Shown here: positions 58,527 through 64,000 of the stretch, one piece after another
Numbering within the stretch: position 1 is the stretch's first letter
Layout: every line of letters begins with the position of its first letter
Assembly: GCA_035534435.1 (NCBI GenBank)
Contig: DATLRX010000011.1
Span: 5,857 to 69,856, forward strand
Source: Candidatus Acidiferrales bacterium
GTDB taxonomy: Bacteria > Chloroflexota > Dormibacteria > Aeolococcales > Aeolococcaceae
Direction of reading: 5' to 3'
DNA: 64,000 nt
Program-made: the position numbers and the translations under genes
Notes under the pieces: generated by a model
Told to the model about the DNA's origin: nothing
Seen by the model: the letters and a program-made list of their open reading frames with translations, nothing else
Databases searched by the model: none

Positions 58527-59965
58527 CGCGCCGGTTCGACCCTGACGTCGCGAAAGCGGCAGGGGGCGGCGCCGTGACCGACGTGCATCGACTGCGACGG
58601 CTGACCCTTGCCGCAGTTGACCACCCCGAGCATCAGCCACTCATCCGGCCCGGCCACGGCGTCGCACGACCTCCAGAACTCCGGCGTCTGCCCGCTGTAG
58701 ATGGGATTGCGCACGAGCCGCGTCCGCTTGCCGTTGACGATCTCCCACCCGTTCTGGGTGCCGAACTGGAAGTTGAGGCGGCGGTCGTCGATGCTCCACG
58801 AGCGATTGGTCTCGAGGTACACGCCACGTTCCGTGGTGGCGATCATCTCCTCGAGGGAGGAGGTTCCCGGCTCGAGATTGACGTTCGTCATGCGGATGAT
58901 CGGCAGGCGTGCCCACCCGTCGGCGCGCATCGTCCCGTTGCTCACCTGACCGATCGCGGCCGCGGTCTCACGCGATGAGAGATAGCCGGTGAAGATGCCC
59001 TGGTCGACGAGGACCGACCGCTGCGCAGCCACGCCCTCATCGTCCCAGCCGAACGTGCCGAGCCCCGGCGCTCGGGTCGAGTCCGCGGTCATGGTCACGT
59101 GCTCGCTGCCGTAGCGGAACGTGCCGAGCAGGTCGGGGGTCAGGAAGGACGTCCCGGCATACGCCGCCTCGTGCCCGAGCACGCGGTCCAGCTCCGTCGG
59201 GTGGCCGCAGGACTCGTGCACCTGCAGAGCCGCCTGCGTCGCGTCGAGGATCACGGTCATCGTCCCGGCGGGACAGACCGGCGCGCTCAGCAGCGCGACC
59301 GCCTCCTCCGCGATGCGACCCGCGTTGCCCGGGAGGTCGAAGGCATCGATCGCCTCCCACCCGGCACACACCTGGTGGCGCCCGAAGCTGTTCGGGAAGC
59401 TGCGCGTCTGCACCTCGTCGTCACTCGTCGCCGTGGCGTCGAGGCCGCCGCCCGACTCGATGATCGTCTGGTCGAGGCGAGCGCCCTCGCTGCTCGCGAA
59501 ATGGCGCTCCTCGCGCACGAACTCGAGCGAGCACTCGCGAATGCGCACCTGCGGCTGATGCGACATCGCCTCATCCGTGCGCATCAACAGACTGACCTTG
59601 TCGTCGAGCGAGACGGTGAACGGATCGCGCGTGACGGGCGTCCGGTACACGCCCACGAGCGGCGGTGCCGGCGCGAGCCGAACGGCGATGCGATTCACCC
59701 GGGACGACGCCCTCGCAATCTGCACCGCGTGGCGGGCCGCCGCCTCGACGCTGACGCCGTCCAGCCGGTCGACCGCTGCGAATCCCCACGCCCCCTCGAC
59801 GATGACGCGGATGCCCACGCCCTCATCCTCGAAGAGTTCCACGGCGGCGACGGCGCCGTTCTTGACGGTGATCTTCTGCACCGTTCGATTGACCACCCGG
59901 CAATCCGCATACGAGGCGCCGGCGGCCGAGGCGGCATCGAGCGCCCGCTCGCTGACCTCACGCAC
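58523..59965 (-). CDS. tldD: TldD-family metalloprotease subunit
   Basis: The HESCGHPTELD (HExxxH-type) metal site and the conserved C-terminal region (GKGQPSQ..HG) are present. Confidence 0.85.
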   Translation of the reverse strand: MREVSERALDAASAAGASYADCRVVNRTVQKITVKNGAVAAVELFEDEGVGIRVIVEGAWGFAAVDRLDGVSVEAAARHAVQIARASSRVNRIAVRLAPAPPLVGVYRTPVTRDPFTVSLDDKVSLLMRTDEAMSHQPQVRIRECSLEFVREERHFASSEGARLDQTIIESGGGLDATATSDDEVQTRSFPNSFGRHQVCAGWEAIDAFDLPGNAGRIAEEAVALLSAPVCPAGTMTVILDATQAALQVHESCGHPTELDRVLGHEAAYAGTSFLTPDLLGTFRYGSEHVTMTADSTRAPGLGTFGWDDEGVAAQRSVLVDQGIFTGYLSSRETAAAIGQVSNGTMRADGWARLPIIRMTNVNLEPGTSSLEEMIATTERGVYLETNRSWSIDDRRLNFQFGTQNGWEIVNGKRTRLVRNPIYSGQTPEFWRSCDAVAGPDEWLMLGVVNCGKGQPSQSMHVGHGAAPCRFRDVRVEPAR

Positions 59966-60013
59966 GAGGGCGGAGTATAGGGGTGGCGACTGACGCGGGC
60001 GCCGCGCGTTGCG

Positions 60014-61990
60014 TCAGCCGATGCAGTTCCCGTTCGCGCAGTACCACGACGCGGTGTCGAAGTCGGGAATGAAGTCGTTCTGCGTCACTCCCAACAGGCT
60101 CGTCGAGTATGTGTTCACGGCGAGCTCCTGAAAGAGCGGAACCGCCGGCAGCAGGGCGGCCAGCTGCACGTCGACCAGCCCGTAGTCGTGTGCGCGCGCA
60201 GTCAGATCCGCGGTGGCGCCCGCGAGATCGAGCGCGGCGTCGAGCTTCGCGTCGCTGAGGCCGCTGAAGTTCATCCCGGCCCCGAGGTCGGCGCTCGACG
60301 GGATCTCGTCCTCGGCCGGGCACCCCCCGCCGCAGTTGCCGTGCCATGTCGATGCGTAGGTGTCGGGTTCGCCGGGAAGCCCCAGACCCACGGTGTAGAG
60401 CGCGATGTCGAATGCGTGCGTCGCAAGCGGGCCACCGTCCGCGAAGGAGTCGAAGAATGTTCCCGCGGGCACGTTCGGCGTGAACTGCGACGGCACGTTG
60501 ATGCCGATCTTGGCCAGATCAGCCCTGACCATGCTCTCGATCGTCAGGCGTGCCGGGTCGTCGCTCGTGGTGCCGATGTTGACGACGAGGCACGTCCCGT
60601 CCTTGAACGCTCGATAGTCCTGCCCGTCCGGCGTCGCGCCGCACTTCGCGTTGCGCACGTCGCCCGCCGAGTCGAGGATCGCGTTCGCCTGCTCGAGGTT
60701 GAACGCGGTGATCGGCACGCCGTCAGTGCTGAGATAGCTCGCCCCGAGGCTGATCCAGGAGTCCGGCGGGACGGTGGTCCTCCCCGGGGCGACCGCCGCG
60801 ATGATCGCCTGCCGGTCGATGCCGAGGAGGATCGCCCTGCGCACCGTCAGGTCGGCGGTGTCCTCGTTCTCGTGCTCGGACGGGTTGGCACATCCGTCTC
60901 CGGCCGCTGCGCACAGGTTGAACATCAACACCTCTGCGCCGGATCCCGCCACGGTGTCGACCTTGAGCCGCGCGTTCGCCGCCTTCGCGTCGGAGAGCAG
61001 GTCCGGCAGCGCCGCAAGGCCGAGGTTGAGGCCAACCTCGATCGCGCCGGAGCGCACGTCCTTCTGCTCGGTCGCGAGGTCCGGCTCGATCCGGAAGACG
61101 AGCTTGTCGAGGTGAGCGAGGCTGCTTGTGTTCCAGTAGTCGGGATTGCGGACCAGCACCACCTGTGAGCCGGGCGCGTAGCTCGAGAGCACGAACGGCC
61201 CGGTGCCGTCGAGTGCTTGCCCCAGGGTGGCGCTGCCCTTGAAGGCGGCAGCGTTCCCCGACCCCGCCGTCAGGTCGAGCGTCGTCGCCGTCGTCTCGAG
61301 GTTGCTGCCGGCGGCGAGCGCTCGATCCAGCACTGCTGCCGGGAGGATGCCGTCGACCCCGCTGCCGAGGGTCAGATAGGGCCCGTACTCGCTCTTGAAG
61401 TCGACGACCGCGGTGTACTCGTCGGTCTCGGTGCACTTGATGACCTGGTTCCACCCGGCGGTGGACGCGAGCGGGGTCGGGCTCGGCCTGCCGACGGCGC
61501 CATACGCAAGCCAGCGCAGATCGAAGGTGTCGCACACGTCGCGTGCGGTCAAGGTGCTGCCGTCATCCCAGTGGACGCCCTGGCGGAGGTGCCAGGTGAC
61601 GCACATCTTCGCCGCGATGTCGGCGCACCCGGTGGTCTCGACGCCGCCGTTGGCGACGGTCGGGACCTCGGTGGCGAGGTCGGGGCTCCAGTAGTCGGCC
61701 TCGCTCGCGGTCGTCGTCGTGGCGCTGGTGGCTCGATACCACAGCAGCCCCTCTTCGACCGGGGCCGCGATCACGTCGGCGAACGGCAGGCTGCCGACGA
61801 TGCCGGCGTCAAGGAGCGTCGGCGGCGCCTGCCACACGCCGATGGTGAGCGTCCCACCCTGGGCGACGGGCCCGCCCCCTCCCGGAGTTGGAGAGATGGC
61901 GGTCGGCGTGGATGTGCAGCCGGCGACCGTCATGGCGAGGCCCACCGCGAGCGGCAGCGCGCGCTGCCACGCCGGCCGCGCACGGAACAT
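60014..61990 (-). CDS. family-5 (peptide/nickel-type) ABC substrate-binding lipoprotein
   Basis: I chose the ATG at 61990, giving the signal MFRARPAWQRALPLAVGLAMTVAGC (lipobox VAGC). The fold is SBP_bac_5-like. No permease or ATPase gene is adjacent. Confidence 0.75.
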   Translation of the reverse strand: MFRARPAWQRALPLAVGLAMTVAGCTSTPTAISPTPGGGGPVAQGGTLTIGVWQAPPTLLDAGIVGSLPFADVIAAPVEEGLLWYRATSATTTTASEADYWSPDLATEVPTVANGGVETTGCADIAAKMCVTWHLRQGVHWDDGSTLTARDVCDTFDLRWLAYGAVGRPSPTPLASTAGWNQVIKCTETDEYTAVVDFKSEYGPYLTLGSGVDGILPAAVLDRALAAGSNLETTATTLDLTAGSGNAAAFKGSATLGQALDGTGPFVLSSYAPGSQVVLVRNPDYWNTSSLAHLDKLVFRIEPDLATEQKDVRSGAIEVGLNLGLAALPDLLSDAKAANARLKVDTVAGSGAEVLMFNLCAAAGDGCANPSEHENEDTADLTVRRAILLGIDRQAIIAAVAPGRTTVPPDSWISLGASYLSTDGVPITAFNLEQANAILDSAGDVRNAKCGATPDGQDYRAFKDGTCLVVNIGTTSDDPARLTIESMVRADLAKIGINVPSQFTPNVPAGTFFDSFADGGPLATHAFDIALYTVGLGLPGEPDTYASTWHGNCGGGCPAEDEIPSSADLGAGMNFSGLSDAKLDAALDLAGATADLTARAHDYGLVDVQLAALLPAVPLFQELAVNTYSTSLLGVTQNDFIPDFDTASWYCANGNCIG

Positions 61991-62108
61991 GTGTCGAGAT
62001 CCCGCCGTATCCACGAGCGTGCATTGTGCCCCGACCGTATAGTGGGGACGGAGTGGTCGATCGGACGATGGGGAGTTTGGAAACCGCGGCGAGAACTGGA
62101 GGCACGCC

Positions 62109-64000
62109 ATGAGGATCGGCGTGCGCCGTCTGCCTCGCCGGAGGGATCCACGCCGGCGCTTTCGCAACCGCCTGCTGCTGGGCATGGTCGGCGTCGCACT
62201 GCTGCCGCTGGTCGCCTTCGCCGTCCTGGCGGTCATCGAGCTCGACACGGTGGCGAAGAGCACCGCGAACGCGACCGAGTCGGCGATCCTCCAGCGCCAG
62301 CAGAGTCAGCAACGATCGGGGGTGAGCGGCAGGGCCGACTCCCTCGATCAGCATCTCAGCACCATCAACGCCCAGCTCATCACGCTGGCACAGACGCTGA
62401 CCAGGCAGCTGGCGGCCACACCGGCCGGCGCCACGCTCCCCAAGGGCCTGACGAATGCCGGCGATGTGAGCTACGTGGATGACGGTTCCAGTGACACGCT
62501 CATGCTCGCCACTGGGGCCGCCTCGCAACGCGACGGCAGGTTTGCGGCAGCGACGTCGTCGGACGCGATCGTCAGCGCGGCTGACAGCGCGCTGCACGCA
62601 CCATCGTTCATCACCTCGGTCTGGTTCGAGAACCAGGCGACAGGCGCTCTTCGCGCGTTTCCGGCATTCGCGGTTGCGGGCGCGCTGTCCGGTCAGCGAT
62701 ATGACGTCACCCATCCCACCCTTCGGAACGGGTCCGACGTCTTCGCGACATCCGAGGGGGGCGTGACGACCATCGCGCCGGACGCATGGATCGCGCCTGG
62801 CGAGCCGGGGCGTGTTGCCAGCGGTCCGTTCTGGACCGATCCGTACGACCTGCTCGGCAACGGCGAGCAGGGCGTCAGCGTGTGGTACTCGCTGCTCGAC
62901 AGCCAGAAGAGCCAGACACTGGTTGGCTTCGACATCTCCGGTCAGGCGATCGCGCAGCTGATGCAGACAACGCTCGGAGCGGGCCAGTCGACTGATGCCT
63001 CCCTGCTGGTCGTGAGCGCGTCCGGCAAGCTGTTGTACGGGACGCCGCAGGTGTTCACCGACTTTCCGAACACGGCTGTCGGTGCTCTATTCACGGCCCC
63101 CGGCAGCACCACGTTCACCGGCGCGCTGCACCGCATGGAGTCGACCGGCGCCATCCCGCCGGCTCCGGTGACCGCAAAGCTCAACAAGGTCGACGACGAT
63201 GTGTTCGCCGCGCCTGTGTACAGCGCCCACTGGATCGTCGCCAGCCCCGTGGCGATCTCCACGCTCGAGCCCAACCTGAACTCGCTCACGCTCGGCATCA
63301 CCGATGGCATCCACCGGCTGTTCCCGGTCACCGTGCTGCCGGTGCTCGTCCTCCTGGTGGTGCTCGCGTTCATCGCGACGACACTCCTCTCGCGGCGCAT
63401 GTACCTCCCCGTCCAGGCACTCACCGATCACGCGGTGCTCGAGGAGCGCACCCGCCTCGCGCGTGAGATCCACGACACCCTCGCGCAACAGCTCACGGGC
63501 ATCGTGCTGGAGCTGGAGGCGGCGGATACGCTCCTCAATCGAGGGTCGGAGGGGCGTGCCCGGAGCTCGGTGGACAAGGCTCGCGAGCTCGCGCGCGGAG
63601 CACTCCAGGAGGCCCGTCGATCGGTGTGGAACCTTCGACCCGCGCCGCTCTCCGCGACCGGGCTGGTCGCGGCCATCGGCCACGAGGTCGAGGCCTGGGA
63701 GGAGCGGACCGGGATCCCCGCCCGCTTCAAGGCGCGCGCTGTGCCCCAGCACCCGTCGCTCTCGCCGACCGCGGAGGTTGCGCTGCTGCGCATCGGACAG
63801 GAGGCGCTCTCCAACGCCGCGCGTCACGGCCATCCCGAGCACGTGGACGTCGAGTTGCGCGCCCACAGGCAGGAGCTGGTGCTCTCGGTCACCGATGACG
63901 GCGTCGGGTTCGACCCCGCGGCGGACGCTCCGCGCGACGATTGCTTCGGGCTCGACGGCATGGCCGAGCGCGCGCGCAATGCCGGCGGCACTCTCACGGT
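62109..64000 (+). CDS. NarL-class (HisKA_3) sensor histidine kinase, 3' end beyond the window
   Basis: This gene is not in the ORF track because there is no stop in the window. GGAGG lies 6 nt upstream of the ATG at 62109. TM1 (LLLGMVGVALLPLVAFAVLAVI), a roughly 380-aa ectodomain and TM2 (VLPVLVLLVVLAFIATTLL) are followed by the H-box EERTRLAREIHDTLAQQL and the N-box LLRIGQEALSNAARHG. Confidence 0.85.
   Translation, partial: MRIGVRRLPRRRDPRRRFRNRLLLGMVGVALLPLVAFAVLAVIELDTVAKSTANATESAILQRQQSQQRSGVSGRADSLDQHLSTINAQLITLAQTLTRQLAATPAGATLPKGLTNAGDVSYVDDGSSDTLMLATGAASQRDGRFAAATSSDAIVSAADSALHAPSFITSVWFENQATGALRAFPAFAVAGALSGQRYDVTHPTLRNGSDVFATSEGGVTTIAPDAWIAPGEPGRVASGPFWTDPYDLLGNGEQGVSVWYSLLDSQKSQTLVGFDISGQAIAQLMQTTLGAGQSTDASLLVVSASGKLLYGTPQVFTDFPNTAVGALFTAPGSTTFTGALHRMESTGAIPPAPVTAKLNKVDDDVFAAPVYSAHWIVASPVAISTLEPNLNSLTLGITDGIHRLFPVTVLPVLVLLVVLAFIATTLLSRRMYLPVQALTDHAVLEERTRLAREIHDTLAQQLTGIVLELEAADTLLNRGSEGRARSSVDKARELARGALQEARRSVWNLRPAPLSATGLVAAIGHEVEAWEERTGIPARFKARAVPQHPSLSPTAEVALLRIGQEALSNAARHGHPEHVDVELRAHRQELVLSVTDDGVGFDPAADAPRDDCFGLDGMAERARNAGGTLT

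Overview
GC-rich chromosomal segment (roughly 70 % by eye, not computed) with Actinomycetota-style content: mak-glgB of the GlgE pathway, a CBS-less GuaB3-type IMPDH paralogue, many 1-4 nt start/stop overlaps, and -10 boxes lying a few nt upstream of start codons. I call about 55 protein genes. I saw no rRNA, tRNA, CRISPR array, transposase or phage genes. The main theme is de novo purine synthesis in three minus-strand blocks: purH-purN-purM, purB-purC-purS-purQ-purL-purF, and purD-purE with guaA and a guaB3-like gene. Between them sit precursor-supply genes (gdh, ltaE, metH, a threonine dehydratase), a two-subunit 2-oxoacid:ferredoxin oxidoreductase, and several small accessory islands: two ECF sigma modules, a TetR-fusion plus DrrAB-like exporter, a diguanylate cyclase neighbourhood, GT-C membrane proteins, TldD/PmbA, and a solute-binding protein divergent from a histidine kinase. 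The items most worth follow-up are listed here. (1) A biotin carboxylase is coupled to an OadA/PycB-like protein that keeps its biotinyl domain but has all four carboxyltransferase metal ligands substituted; it sits directly behind purE, and no purK is seen in this window. (2) A GltD-like flavoprotein with a fused 2x[4Fe-4S] ferredoxin is translationally coupled to korAB. (3) A roughly 130-nt element closed by a perfect 20-bp inverted repeat lies between purS and purQ. (4) A TetR regulator is fused to a beta-rich, toastrack-like C-terminal domain, with a 26-bp-periodic GTTAG operator array. (5) A protein carries about 30 K-T-T-A-R-type repeats. (6) A stand-alone infA appears to have an obligatory Arg-rich N-terminal extension. 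All calls come from reading the ORF translations and the DNA by eye; no searches or computations were run.
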